Numbered from the stretch's first letter, positions 1 to 14,804 are shown. The stretch is 64,000 nucleotides of DNA from Octopus sinensis (GCF_006345805.1 NC_043001.1:100502001-100566000); one strand, 5' to 3'. The notes: generated from the sequence alone by a model not told the origin. Translations and numbers: made by a program.

Positions 1-56
1 TATAGTCTTACGAATGAAATTGAGTAGACATCCATCAGATGAACTCTATATGTAAA

Positions 57-277
57 TTTGTTTTCAAATTTTGGCAAAAAAACAGTAATTTTAGAGGAGA
101 GTATGTTGATTACATCGATGTCCCGTCCTCAGGTACTTATTTTATCACCTTCAAAAGAAAAACAGGCAAAGTTGACCTCAACTGAATTTGAACTCAGAAT
201 GTAAAGATGGACAAAAATAAAATGCCACTAAACATTTTTACCAGGCATGCTAACACTTCTGCCGGCTCAGCACCTTC
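57..277 (-). mobile_element. tRNA-derived SINE, family C (degenerate)
   Basis: The minus strand reads a tRNA-like head, then 'ttctgagttcaaattcagttgaggtcaactttgcc...gataaaataagtacc'. Homologous copies at 47337-47553 and 52885-53090. Confidence 0.6.
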
Positions 278-1035
278 AAGTTCGATTAGTAAATTTGAAG
301 GTCAAACATTGTGACATTCTGAGGCACATTGATTGGACGTGAGGATTGTTAGAGGTTTAAATCTCTATGGAATGCCCTCTTTTGCTATAATCCAGTGATT
401 AGGGTGACTTCATTCATCAAACAACTGGAAATCAAAAAATCAAAGAGAGAGAGAGAGAGAGAGAGAAGAAGAGAGAGAGAGAGAGAGAGAGTCTATTAAA
501 TTCTTCTAGAAACTCATCTGACATTTGTTAATACTATAAAGAGAATGATACTTCTACTTGCTTTATTAATGTTGTTCTCTGTTAAAATTGTCAATGATGT
601 AATAGTTTTGAGTGGAAATAATTGCTTTTGTTATATAAAAGTCTTTTTTCCTTGCATTTATTGAAGAAAACAGTAAATAAAAATACCAAGAACGAAGAGA
701 CAGGTAATGGCTTGGAAAAAATATTCACTAAATATTGGCAAACTGTCTCATAGTACTGGGTGTCATGTGTGTTGTGTTTTTTCATGTGGATGTGTGTGTG
801 TATGTGTGCGTGAGAGTATGTGTGCAAATATATATATATATACATACATGTGTGCATGTGTATGTGTTTTTGTAAGTATATTAAGCTATACATGTCTACC
901 ACTAAGATCATGCTCTACGCTTCTTAGTTTCTTGCTGAGGATGTACCAGTTACTCTCTCATACTCATATTGCAGGCAGTACCAGTTACTCTCTCATACTC
1001 ATATTGCAGGCATATACAATATATAATATATATCC

Positions 1036-2783
<1,748 letters not shown>

Positions 2784-3730
2784 TAGTTAGATAGATAGAT
2801 AGATAGATAGATGATTGATTGATAGATAGATACACATACATGTGCACCTATACATGTATGTGTATATATGATGCATATATATGAGAGAAAGAGAGGAAGA
2901 GGGGGAGAGAGAAAGAGAGAGCGAGAGAGAGTGACAGAGGAAGAGAGAGAGAAAGAGAGAGATGTATGTGTCATTGTGTTGTGTATGGAGTTTAGGTATT
3001 GTATATGTAAGTGTATATGCAGCCAGAACAAAATCGGAGACACTAATGTGTAGCAGTAGCTGAGACTGCTTCTTCCCCAAATGTCACTAATGACATCGTT
3101 AAGAAAGTATAAGAGGATAAAGCTCTTAATAAAATGTACAGATGATCAGATGAGCTGCTGCTGCGGCTGGGATGGCCTTGTTTGTTTGAACTTCATTGAT
3201 ACTTACACCTGAGATCCAAAACTATTGGAAAAGATAAAAATGTCTGTAACTCAATAAGACTGAGAAAAGATTTCCTTCAATGCCGAGACAGTGAATGTTT
3301 CATATTTCATTTTCATTTTTCCTTTATTTGGATTAAGTAAAACAAAGAAAAGATGATTCGTGAATTTCACTAATCTTCAGCATATTACAAAAACAAATTA
3401 AAATAGAATAAAAACAAATTATCAAAGAAAGCATTGTGGAACGCAGATGGCAACATCCAAATCTGATTAGTTGGTTGTTGAGACTACTAACGGCTGTGTA
3501 GTTGAAGTCTGTACAGACAGGATTAAGAATTGTGATGAAGGCATCAGTGAGTATGTGAGTTCACATCACTGCTGTGTTATTTGGTGGTCATAGCATCCTG
3601 TGCTGCTGACAGAGTTGCTGCTGCTGTTGTTGTTGTTGAGATGCACGTCAGTTCTGGCCAAAAAAGAGATCATCGCATCTTTTTGTACAACAGGGACTGC
3701 ATTGCACAGTCTCTTCTTTATTTATAAGAC

Positions 3731-4040
3731 ATCATCATCATTTAACGTCTGTTTTCCATGCTGGCATGAGTTGGACGATTCGACTGGGGTCTGGGAAACC
3801 AGGAGGCTGTACCAGGCTCCAATCTGATCTGGCAGAGTTTCTACAGCTGGATGCCCTTCCTAACGCCAACCACTCAGTGAGTGTAGTGGGCGCTTTTTAC
3901 GTGCCACCAGCACAGGGGCCAGAGGAGCTGGCATCGACTACGGTCAGATGGTGCTTTTCATGTGCCACCAGCACGGAAGCCAGTCAAAGCGGCGCTGGCA
4001 TCAGTTATGTTCGGATGGTGCTCTTCATGTCCCGACTGCA
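3731..4040 (-). mobile_element. Short copy of the RTE LINE 3' UTR
   Basis: (CAT)n followed by 'ttaacgtctgttttccatgctggcatg...ctacagctggatgcccttcctaacgccaaccac', matching 17221-17520. Confidence 0.85.
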
Positions 4041-6632
4041 TTCTACAAACTAGTCAGTTGTGACAAGCAGTGTTTAGTTGGGGTGGGGGGGGTTCCAAAG
4101 TGCTGTTACAGGTATCTCCTTCAATCTGGAATAACAAAGATTGGCAGGTCAGCTTATTTAGACGAATGATAATGATATACTACAATTACGATAATCTAGG
4201 ACACAGTTATAACAGCCTCTTCTTAAAGGAAGCTCAAAACTTCTGGAATACACCTCACATATCTGTGTTTGTGTGTGTTTGTGCATATGTGTGTGTGTGT
4301 GTGCGTGTGTGTGTTTGAGTGTACCCATATCCTGACATTGTGTGATGATTGTAAACAAGTTTGTAAGTGATGTTGCTTCTTTTTGGCCTTCCATGAGAAA
4401 CATGTCTGATCATGGGGAAGTATTACCTGACTCTTACCTGGAAAACAGGTAAGAGTTAGTGACAGGAAAGGCATCCGACCTTAAAATATCTGCCTTAATG
4501 AATTCCATGAAAGCTTAGAAAAGTGGATGTTAAATGATGAGGATGATGAGTGAGAACACTGGAACCAGTAAAAGTATTTAGTATTTCTTCTCAAGGACAG
4601 TCTTGATACCTTCTCTGTATAATCTCACAGTAAACAACATGTTTTAATCTCATAGAGGATTAGATTTAAAATTCACCCATCAATGTTTTATCTAAACAGT
4701 GAGAAAGCAATCATTTACCACAATTTATTACATTTACTTGCTAATCGCTTTACAGCTGCTAAAATACTTTTTACTGCAAGTTTAATGAATTTGTGTGAAA
4801 AGCTCAGATCTTACCATATTCCCGTTGCATAATAAACTGCAAAGTGAATTCAGAAAGAACAAGTGACATTAAAATTGGTGATTACACCATGATTTTTGCT
4901 AAACTTCTGGTTTTGGTAAGAAGTATTTGAAGGATAATATTTTGTAATTAGTTGAACATTGCAAAAAAGAAAAAAAAAAAAGGAATAGAAAAAACTGTAT
5001 ATGTGTTAGAATATTTGAGAGAAAAAAGACAATGTTTTATCAAATTTAAACAAATAATGTTGAGAAGTTTTGTTGTTTTCCATTGCTTTTCTCTACTGTT
5101 ATGTTCTATTTGTAGATCCAGGAGGAAAAAAAAAACCCAAATGATTCTTGGTTGTGCTTTCCTCTTATGATTCTGTTTGTTATGTCACTTGTTTATTTTC
5201 TACCTTACCAAGATGAAGTTTTCTGTTCCTATTTCTTAAACAACTTTTATTGTACAAAGTTTTTCTCAGCTTTTATCATTTCATATTTTCTTTAGTAAGT
5301 TTTCATAAAAATTTTCGGATTCACAAGAGAAGAAAATGTTAGAAAGCAACTAAACTGATTAAACAGGCTGCATGAAACTGATATTTGCTGCTAAGCAGAG
5401 ACATTTTCTAGTTGAATGAACACCAAAGAACACCAGAAAATACCATTTCTAAGGCATTTCTAAGGAAAATGCATACATGTCCTTTCTGCCTGAAGACAGA
5501 AACCTAAGAACTCTGTGCATGTCCATTGGAAAAATGATATGTTTGTTATTAGATATACTGAACCACATTCTGATTTCTCATTCCTTTACTTTGAACAAAA
5601 TCTAAAGAATTAGGATAATAAGAAAATCATGAAGAAAGAAGAAGGGAAGAAGCAAACATGGTTGGAGATTGCTTTTCAATCAATTACATTGTAGAAAATG
5701 GATCATAGCCTTCCACAATTCTTCTTTGTAATGTAGCAAGGTCACCATAATACCCCGAGGTTGCTGTCAGTGATAGCATGTAAGACATTTTCTAACTGTA
5801 AAGCATGGCCAAACTTGTGATAATAATGGATCTATTTTGATAGACAGCATGGAAATATTTTCTTTACATTACAGATACAAAATAGATTGTTTCTAAACCT
5901 TAGTAATTTGTAGTGAAGACTTACAGATGCTGTTTGACATCCATGTCTGCTAATCTTCATTATCTCTTTTTCTCTGTCACACACATGCACACACACAGTC
6001 ACACACACATACACACACACTGAGTCACACAATCACACACACAATGGACTAACTTCATAAGATTTTCAAAGATTATACCAGTTAAATATTGCCATTAGTT
6101 TAGTTAACATCTGATCTGTAACTTCCCACCATCTCTTTATTGTTAGTTGTACTGTACTTTCTGATTAAACATTTTCCTTATGCTGTACTTTAAAATAAAC
6201 TATTTTCCTTCTAATATATGTATTGACATTATTTTTGCACAATTACCAATGTTCTTCCACTTATTTGATGCTTTGTTTTGTTTTAATTCCACTATTCTTT
6301 GCTTTTATTCTACTTATTCTTCCTTTTTATTTCACTTATTTTTTGTTTTTATTCTACTTATTTTTTGTTTTTATTCCACATATTTTTTGCTTTTATCTCA
6401 CTTATTTTCCCCCAGCCCTTTTTCCAATGACACTTCTTACCACTTTACTTCCTCGTTTCTAATTCAATCACTTTGTATCTTATTAGATCAGTAACATCCA
6501 CCTTGTACAAGTGGCCCTTTAATTTACTCAATAATATAAAATGGATTTCAATTAATCATATAAAGAATAGAATTTCTTTCAATAGCATTGTCTTTTCAGT
6601 ACAGCACTGCATCCAGTTCATACAACTAAAGC

Positions 6633-6702
6633 CAGGGCCTGCCTTAAGAGGTGCAGGGCCCAACTGTGAACAATTGGTCCAATCAGCTTAAGGCAGGCCC
6701 TG
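6633..6702. mobile_element. 70-bp hAT-like MITE
   Basis: Perfect 16-bp TIRs CAGGGCCTGCCTTAAG (6633-6648, 6687-6702). Exact 8-bp direct flanking repeat ACTAAAGC (6625-6632, 6703-6710). Confidence 0.8.
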
Positions 6703-6969
6703 ACTAAAGCAGTTTTAAAGCTAATGAAAAGCAAAGCATTGACTCTCTCAACTAAAAGTGATTCCAACCATGACAGTAAATAGAAGTCTTTCTCTAAAAA
6801 AAAAAAACAATATCAAGGAATCACTTCTTAAGGAGTTGTCATATCAAAAACCCTGTAGTCAATGTTATTCTCATTCCTAGATTTTTATATCTAAAGTCTG
6901 TGAATTCTTATTTTATTATAATTCTAGGAAGAGGAATTCATACTTGCTGAATATATTTTCATAAGCATC

Positions 6970-7258
6970 ATCGTGCCAGTGACACGTAAAAAGCACCATT
7001 CAAGCGTGGCTGGTGCTAGTACCACCTGACTGGCCCTCGTGTCAGTGGCACATAAAAAGCACTCACAACACTATCAGAGTGGTTGGCATTAGGAAGGGCA
7101 TGAAGTTGTAGAAATATTGCCAGATCGGATTGGAGCCTGGTGCAGCCTCCTGGCTCGCCAGCCCTCTGTCAAAGTGTCTAACCCATGCCAGCATGGAAAG
7201 CAGACGTTAAACATCAACGTCGACGACGATAAAGATGATGATGATGATGATGATGATG
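6970..7258 (+). mobile_element. Short copy of the RTE LINE 3' UTR
   Basis: 'ggttggcattaggaagggc...cccatgccagcatggaaagcagacgttaaac' ending in (GAT)n. Confidence 0.85.
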
Positions 7259-8124
7259 ACTTTGTTCCAGGTTACAGTAAAAGAGTTTCTTAAAATAATT
7301 GCTTATGTCACTGGTTTGCCATTTCTATTCTTCTGGTCGTCATCAGGCTCAATCCAAACATTTTTTGATATTTTTTTAACTCTCAAAACTAGTTTCTGAT
7401 ATTTTGAAATCCATATAATTTAAAGGCATTTGGAATACATCTTTAGAGAAAAAATGTTAACGATCCATAACTTGTTGATTTCTAATCTCTTTCTTTTGAG
7501 CCTCTGATATCCTAATTTCAAAATGATTTGAAATCTATATACCTCACTATTTCTGCTCTCTAATTCCTGATATCTTTACCTCATACATGAGCACATTAAT
7601 AATCCATAATTCTTTGAATATTTTTGATAGTTTTGCAGCATCTGAGATTAATAATTTGATGATATATTTCAAGTTTATATTTCTTTGCGATATTTTTGGC
7701 TTGCAATTCGTTGTAGAGGCACATCTGTTAGGATACTTTTCACACAAAGTTTGTAAAATTGATAAAAAAACTTTTAAAGTTAAATTATAAAAACACAATA
7801 TTCAGAGAGAAATTGTTTGTTTACTAAAACATGTTTTTCCCCCACATGAAAATGGTCGGATTCTTCTTGAAAGAAACAATATTTATTTCATGTGAAGTTA
7901 AAAAAAAAAGGATTGCTATTTAAGTCTAAGAATCTCATAATTTATTGATAGCAGTTTTGAATAAATATTTAAGCTGAAAATTAGATTAAATTTCAGGAAT
8001 ATATTAAAGTGTAGGAGCATATGTTTGTGTGTGTATTAATACACGTATATATGTATATATGTGTGTGCATGTGTACTCACATGCGCGTGCATGTGTGTGT
8101 GTGTGTGTGTGAAGATAGACAGAC

Positions 8125-8175
<51 letters not shown>

Positions 8176-8564
8176 AGTCAGTGGTGCATCAGAAAGTGTA
8201 ATTATGCTCACAGTAATTCTATAGAATGAACAAAAAGTCAGCCGTTTAGAAGTGCAGATATTTAACACATTAAGTTGCAGCTCTAACTTCCAAACATTTT
8301 ATTTCTCCAAGCTTCATCTCCCAGTCCTTGCATAATTCTCAGATGGGGAAGAAGGGTCGAAGAGAGAGCTCCTGCTCAGAGTTTAACAGTCTGCTTCAAA
8401 TGTTGGTTGACATCCTGTTTGCCTTGCATTCAGTTTGGTGGTCTACAAATGTTCCATTAATTTTGGTACCTTCCTATATATATACATGTGTACAACATGC
8501 CTCAACACACATACACCTATGCACAAGCATGCACATGTATGCATGTATATATATATATATATAT

Positions 8565-8596
<32 letters not shown>

Positions 8597-8681
8597 ATAC
8601 ACATGATTTTCCTGGGTTAAAAAAGTAGTAACATAGTCCTATGTATACAGATATATACATATATATATATAAATCAAAAAT

Positions 8682-8730
8682 TCCTCAGCTGCATAAAGAC
8701 ATGGAATTAAATTAAAACAGATGGGCACAT
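8682..8730. repeat. Left arm of the inverted repeat flanking the CR1 LINE
   Basis: Its reverse complement matches 11255-11308 at 45 of 49 positions, plus a 5-bp insertion in the right arm. Confidence 0.85.
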
Positions 8731-11252
8731 CGTCCCCCAAGTTACCATCGGGACACACAGCTTTGCAATGTCCTCCGAGCTGCTGCCAGGAAAACAGCCA
8801 CTTATGTGTTTATTGCAGGCGATTTCAATCATCCTGAGATCGATTGGGAGACCTTCCATTGGCCACAGAGTGCAAACGATTTTGTTGAGCTTGTGCTGGA
8901 CTCAAACTGGTCACAAGTAGTCACCTCTCCAACAAGAGGCAACAACACCTTGGACCTGCTCTTCACCACAACTCCTGAAGCGGTTATCAATTGCACTACG
9001 GAGGAACCTCTAGGTGACTCTGATCATGCTATGATCATCGCCAATCTGGCTCTTGCGGGCAACAAAAACCTGAACCATCTCCAATCTGCTTCCTTCGATT
9101 GGAAGAGAGCAGATTGGAACCTGTACCACACTGAACTACAGCACCCAAACTGGCGTGAATTCTACAACTCTGGAGATGTGAATACTATACTCCAGAGTAT
9201 CCTGGACTCAATATGGGCAGCATGTGCAGCATCAGTGCCACGTAAACAAAAAAAGAAGAACCGCCCCAAAAGGGCAATTTGGGAAACTTCAGCGGTCTGA
9301 CTTGCCAGGAGGGAACGTCGGACTGCTGAACAGGAATACAGGTTGCATAAATCAGACACCAACAGGAAGAAGCGGAATAAATCCTCCAACCATCTCAAGC
9401 AAGTAACAAAAAAAGCAGTGCTTGAATTTGAACAGTGCATAGCAGCCAATCCTGACAGTAAGGTTTTCTGGAAATATGTGCACTCAAAGCAGAGACCTCA
9501 CTCTCCAGTGGGCCCTCTTCGCAACCCTCACACAAACCAGATCACTGACGACCCCAAGGAATGCGCAGAACTCATTGCCGAGTGCTATGCAAACATATTC
9601 ACTGTTGAAAGTCAAGATGTACCATCTTCACCATCACTAACAGCAAACTCCATAACAACTATGGAATTTACACCTGCAATGCTGCGACGTCACCTTCAAA
9701 ATAAGCGCAACTATGCCTCCCCTGGTCTCGATGGAGTTACATACCTGCTTCTCAAACGTGGCAGGCACTTCCTTTTACACCAGCTTTCTATTTTCTTCCA
9801 GTACTGTCTCAACAATGGTGCTACTCCGGAGCAGTGGAAAACTGCCAGTGTCATTCCTCTGTTCAAAAAGGGCGACCGCACATCACCTGTCAACTATCGC
9901 CCAGTCAGTCTCACTAGCTGTATTGCAAAACTGATGGAATCGTGTGTCAGAGAAACACTCTGGAACTTCTGGAGCTCTCACAGTCTCATCCGACCCTCAC
10001 AATATGGATTTGTCCCTAACTCCAGCTGCAGTGACCAGCTTGTCGAGTTCCTTGAGGACATTACTCAGATTACTGACAGTGGCTCATGGGTGGATGTTGT
10101 CTACCTTGACTTTGCTAAGGCTTTCAACTCTGTGCCACACAAAAGGCTTATGGTGAAACTCTCTGCAATGGGTGTGGGGGATGACCTTTTTAACTGGTTG
10201 AAATCCTTCATCCTCAGCCGAAAGGAGGTTGTCACAGTTCTAGGACAGCACTCTACACCATATGAGATGTCATCGGGTGTATCACAGGGATCTGTCCTTG
10301 GTCCCCTCTTGTTTGTGGCATACATTAACGACATAGATGCCAATTTAAAGAATGCCACAGTATTGAAATATGCAGACGACATCAAGCTGTACCTTGAAAT
10401 CAAGAGGACAGATCCTGATGTCTACAACTCTTTCCTGCAATCAGACCTAGACACAATGCAGCAATGGATCACAGACTGGCAACTGAAACTGGCTGTGGAC
10501 AAGTGTACCACCATGCATTTTGGGAGAAAAAACCCTGCGTTCACATACTCCCTCCACAACACTGATATCAAGAAATCCTCTTGCGAGCGTGACCTAGGCA
10601 TCACTGTCAGCAGTGATTTGCGTTGGACAAAGCATATCTCTAAGATTGTCAGGAAGGCCGAGGGTGTCTTGGCATCACTCAGCAGGTCTTTTGTTAGCCG
10701 CTCTCCAGCCATCTATTTAAAACTGTATACAGCTATGGTACGACCACACTTGGAATTTGCATCATCAGTTTGGAACCCCTATCTTGCACAGAACATTGAC
10801 CTCCTGGAATCTGTCCAGAGACGTGCAACCAAACGCATACCCTCCATCAGACACCTACCATATTCTGAGCGCCTTGTTTCCCTGGGCATGGATTCACTGA
10901 AGCTCCGGCGTCTGGCGATGGACTTGGTAAACACCCACAAAGTTATCAACCACCTCACCAACAACAACACTGAACACCTTTTTGATCTCCATGTGTCTAA
11001 CACACGTGGACATGCCTACAAAGTCAGAAAACAATACAGCTCTCATGACTTTCGGAAACATTTTTTCACGCTCAGAGTTGCTGAAGCATGGAATAAACTG
11101 CCTGCGTCAGTTGTTGACTGCCATGACACTGCATCTTTTAAGGCCCTCATGCTTTCCGAAATCCGCCGAAACTACACCTGATTATATATACACTTTAGAT
11201 GAGTTGTAGTGCACCTGAGCACTGTACACAATTATTATTATTATTATTATTA
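8728..11252 (+). mobile_element. 5'-truncated CR1-group LINE (APE endonuclease remnant + reverse transcriptase), inactivated
   Basis: One frame from 8728 to 11181 joins track ORFs 8806-9300 and 9343-11181 across a single TGA (9298-9300). EN motifs HRPP, AGDFN, NTLDL, SDH. RT motifs YLDFAKAFNSVPH, QGSVLGPLLF, YADD. 3' stem-loop AGTGC/GCACT (11208-11223) and (ATT)n tail. Confidence 0.93.
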
Positions 11253-11254
11253 GT

Positions 11255-11308
11255 ATGTGTCCATCTGTTTTAATTTAATTAAATTCTATGACTTTATGCA
11301 GATGAGGA
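11255..11308. repeat. Right arm of the inverted repeat flanking the CR1 LINE
   Basis: atgtgtccatctgttttaatttaattaaattctatgactttatgcagatgagga is the reverse complement of 8682-8730. Confidence 0.85.
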
Positions 11309-12363
11309 TTGCTCTGCATTTAAATTGATGAAATTTAATAGGAAATACACACAATAAATACCATACCTCCATACCCACAGTTTACACAGGTATAGTAGAA
11401 TAGTTAGTGGACTGTTAGGTAGATGAATGTATGTATGTGGGTGTGAGTGTGTGTGTATGCCATTTTTTTAAAAATCATTCTTAATTTTTTGTTTTTTTGT
11501 TTTTGTTATATTTTTATATTTTTAATTATTTTTTAATATTTTTTTTCTGTATGTAAGCATTTAGATATGTAAATAAACAGATCAACATACAGACGGATAG
11601 GTACATAGGTTACAAGAACAGACACATATGGAGACACGGATCCACACATATAAAGATGCATATCCATACATACAAACATGGTACTTAGTTACATAACACA
11701 CACACACACACACAGATATGCACACACAAGGAGACAGAGGTGCATACATATACAAACACATGCTCACACACACATACATAGAAAATACACAAACACGGAC
11801 AGGCGAGCACATAAATATGCAGGATACATACATACAGATGCACACACATACATATGCATACACACACATATATACATACATACACATGCAAACACACACA
11901 TACATACACACATACATACATGCATGTATAGGCACATGTACACACACTGACCCACACACATGCGCACAAACAAACAAAAGGGAACGCAGTGTAAATAATG
12001 GACAGAATCAAGACTATTGAAAAGGTTGCAAGATGCAACGAAAATTTTAGAAAATTAAAATAAGAAATAAGTGGAAATTTTACCGGTGAGTGTGTTAAAT
12101 AATAAGGCACTAAAAGAGAATGACTCTCCCCAGACACAACAGAATATATATATATATATATTATATATATATATATAAAAAGGAAATGAAGAAAATGCTG
12201 ACAAAATAATTTAAGTAAGAGAGAGTGTATTTAATTAGGTGAAAGTTCTTTTTACCGGTTGCGCATTTGTTATGCTTATCAAAAGATATTTTTTTAAGAG
12301 AGATAGAGTTCCTTTCTGATAGATTTTTTCTCTTATCTGACTTTATGTTGGGTTTATATATAT

Positions 12364-12683
12364 AAACAATTGCAGTGTGGAAGGTGTTTATAAGCCATTT
12401 AAGAACCGTTAGATTCACTTCAACATTTAAATTTAATTTGTCAAAATAATTTCGTTGCTTTGAGACCGCGACCTGCTCATTGACAAAATTCCATGCTGCA
12501 TCTCTGTGCTGCAGCACGGAATTTTGTCAAAGCAACGAAAATATTTTGACAAATTAAATTTAAATGTTGAAGTGAATCTAACAGTTCTTAAATGTCTTAT
12601 AAATACTTTTCATGTTGCAATTGTTTCTGTTCCAGCACACGATATCAGATCAGGTCACTTGCTATGCAAGTACATCTCCGTAA
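12364..12683. mobile_element. Hairpin repeat with unpaired tail (family shared with 56952-57339)
   Basis: Inverted repeat 12364-12626 (the right arm has a ~19-nt deletion), then tail '...ccagcacacgatatcagatcaggtcacttgctatgcaagtacatctccgtaa'. Confidence 0.8.
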
Positions 12684-12707
12684 TATATATATACACACAC
12701 ATATAAA

Positions 12708-12858
12708 ATGGGATTCTTTCAGTTTCTGTCTACCAAATTCTCTCACAAGGTTTTGGTTGGCCTGTGGTTATCATAGAAGACACTTGTCCAAGGTGCCTTG
12801 CAATGGGACTGAACTCACAACCGTGTGGTTTGGAAGCAAACTTCTTACCACACAGTCA
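12708..12858 (-). mobile_element. tRNA-derived SINE, family A (5' part)
   Basis: The minus strand reads 'gactgtgtggtaagaagtttgcttcc...ggcaccttggacaagtgtcttcta...ttggtagacagaaactgaaagaatccc', homologous to 48732-49130. Confidence 0.75.
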
Positions 12859-12880
12859 TAAATATACATGTATTTGTGTA

Positions 12881-12923
<43 letters not shown>

Positions 12924-14062
12924 TGTGTGTGTGTACATAACACAGATACAGTGATATAGATATAGAAAGATTTACATATAAAAATTTTTCCATGTTTGAA
13001 AATATTTTTGAACTATGTTGATATTCAACACCGAGACTGTTCCATTAGAAATGCTTTGCTGTTGCATAAAACATTCAGAATTAATTCTGTCCTGACGTTC
13101 TGTATATCTGATTATTACCATTACTACAGGGAATTAGTGAAAACTCACATTCAATGGAATAATTCTGTTGAGATATCAAGGATCTCAGGTTCTTCTAATG
13201 GCCTTTATAAAACGGAATCTAAGGGGAAAAATGTATTAAGAATAAAAGAAAACTGTTTTTTTATCAATTGGTTTTAATCATCCAAAAATGGTTATGTTAT
13301 TCTTAGTTTTGTTGTTGTTGATTTTGTTGTTCTGACAGGCTTTTAAAACCTTTAAAATATGTACAGTATGTCTCATTAAGTTTCTATAGAGAGACAGATG
13401 AGTTATCAACATGAGATATCTGAATAGCCTCCTCAAGCAGATGCTGGATTAACTTGCACCTGGCAAGGTCATCAATACAACTTTTGCAAGTTTTTCAAAA
13501 AATTTTTTCTGATTTAAAAACAAAATTTGCAGATTTCAATTAAGATTTTGTAAACAAGCCAGAATATAAATAAAAAAAAAATACAGCATAGATTCTCCCT
13601 CTCTTTCTCCTTCCACCCTCTTGGGTATTCATCGGATTTATAAAAGATTTAAGTATCTGGTGTTGATAAATATATAACTGGATTTGTCAGTATGTATTCT
13701 TCAAATGCTATTTTTCATTCTTCACTTTATTTATAATCTTTCAAATTTCTTCAGGGTTTCTTGTGATGCTGTATTGAGGTGGAGCTTTTCTTTACGCCTG
13801 ACTCATGTCTGGTATGTGTTTGTGTTGGTGTGCTTGTTGTTGCTGTTGCTATTGTTTAGCCTCAAGACAGCTCTTGTTTCACAGACCTTCGCTTAAAAGC
13901 ATTCCAGCCATGACCCTTACATCTCATTTTTTTCAAACTCGTTCTTCTCTTTTTAAAGATGAAGCTTAATGCTATAAGGGAACTGTGGCTGCTATTTCTA
14001 GCAGACTGAATGCCCAAGGAGAAGTTCTGTGGTATATATATATATATACATATTTACCACAG

Positions 14063-14099
<37 letters not shown>

Positions 14100-14164
14100 T
14101 ATATAAACACACACACATATATACACATACATACATGCATACATATATATACATATATATATAT

Positions 14165-14340
14165 ATATATAACTGAAATTTACAGAAAAACAAAAGACAA
14201 AGACAGGTGTATAAACAACAAACAGGTGTATTAGCTTGATGCTTGGGAAAGTGAGAAAGTCTTTTACGTTTTGAGCCTATGCTCTTCAACAGAAAGGTAC
14301 ACGAGGAAATAAACAGGGAGAGAATAAGAAAACTTGTGGA
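14165..14340 (-). mobile_element. Penelope-like terminal repeat fragment containing a degenerate hammerhead motif
   Basis: Minus strand 14261-14296: CTTT-CTGTTGA-A-GAGC-ATAG-GCTC-AAAAC-GTA-AAAG. The downstream T-rich segment resembles 25760-25860. Confidence 0.5.
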
Positions 14341-14371
14341 GTTATATATACATATATACACACCCATACCC

Positions 14372-14750
14372 TGACCGTTTGGTGTGCTTGAGAAGACCTG
14401 TCAAGCTAAGTAAAAGCATGGTTGTCCTTAAAAACACAAGATTGTCCCTTACATCCCACTTCATCTGAGCAATGTTAACCTCGCGGACCCGTGGGGTGCT
14501 GGGGCCATGGAACAAGCACCTATGCTGGGGCCACATAAAAGAACCCACGCTGGTGCCACGTGAAAAGCACCCAGTGCCACTCTGTAAAGTGGTTGGTGTT
14601 AGTAAGGACATCCAGCTGTGTAGACCATGCCAAAGCATATTAAAATATGCCAAAGCAAACAAGGGAGCCTAAGCAGCTCTTCAGGGGTCCAGCTCCGGTC
14701 AAACCCATTTCAGCACTATAAAGCAAATGTTAAAAGATAATGATGTTGAT
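14372..14750 (+). mobile_element. Diverged RTE 3' end copy
   Basis: Starts with the ORF-end motif 'gtgcttgagaagacc', contains 'aaggacatccagctgtgtagacc' and ends in a (GAT)-like tail. Confidence 0.7.
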
Positions 14751-14804
14751 ATATATATATATATAGAGAGAGAGAGAGGGGGAGGGAGGAAAGGAGAGAG
14801 AGAG

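Noticed and set aside
943-1012. 35-bp exact tandem duplication
   Set aside because: It is real but an ordinary slippage product with no evidence of function.
13149-13220. Minus-strand segment with a good acceptor (ttttccccttAG) and donor (GTGAGT)
   Set aside because: All three frames contain stops. It could only be a non-coding exon, and nothing supports that.
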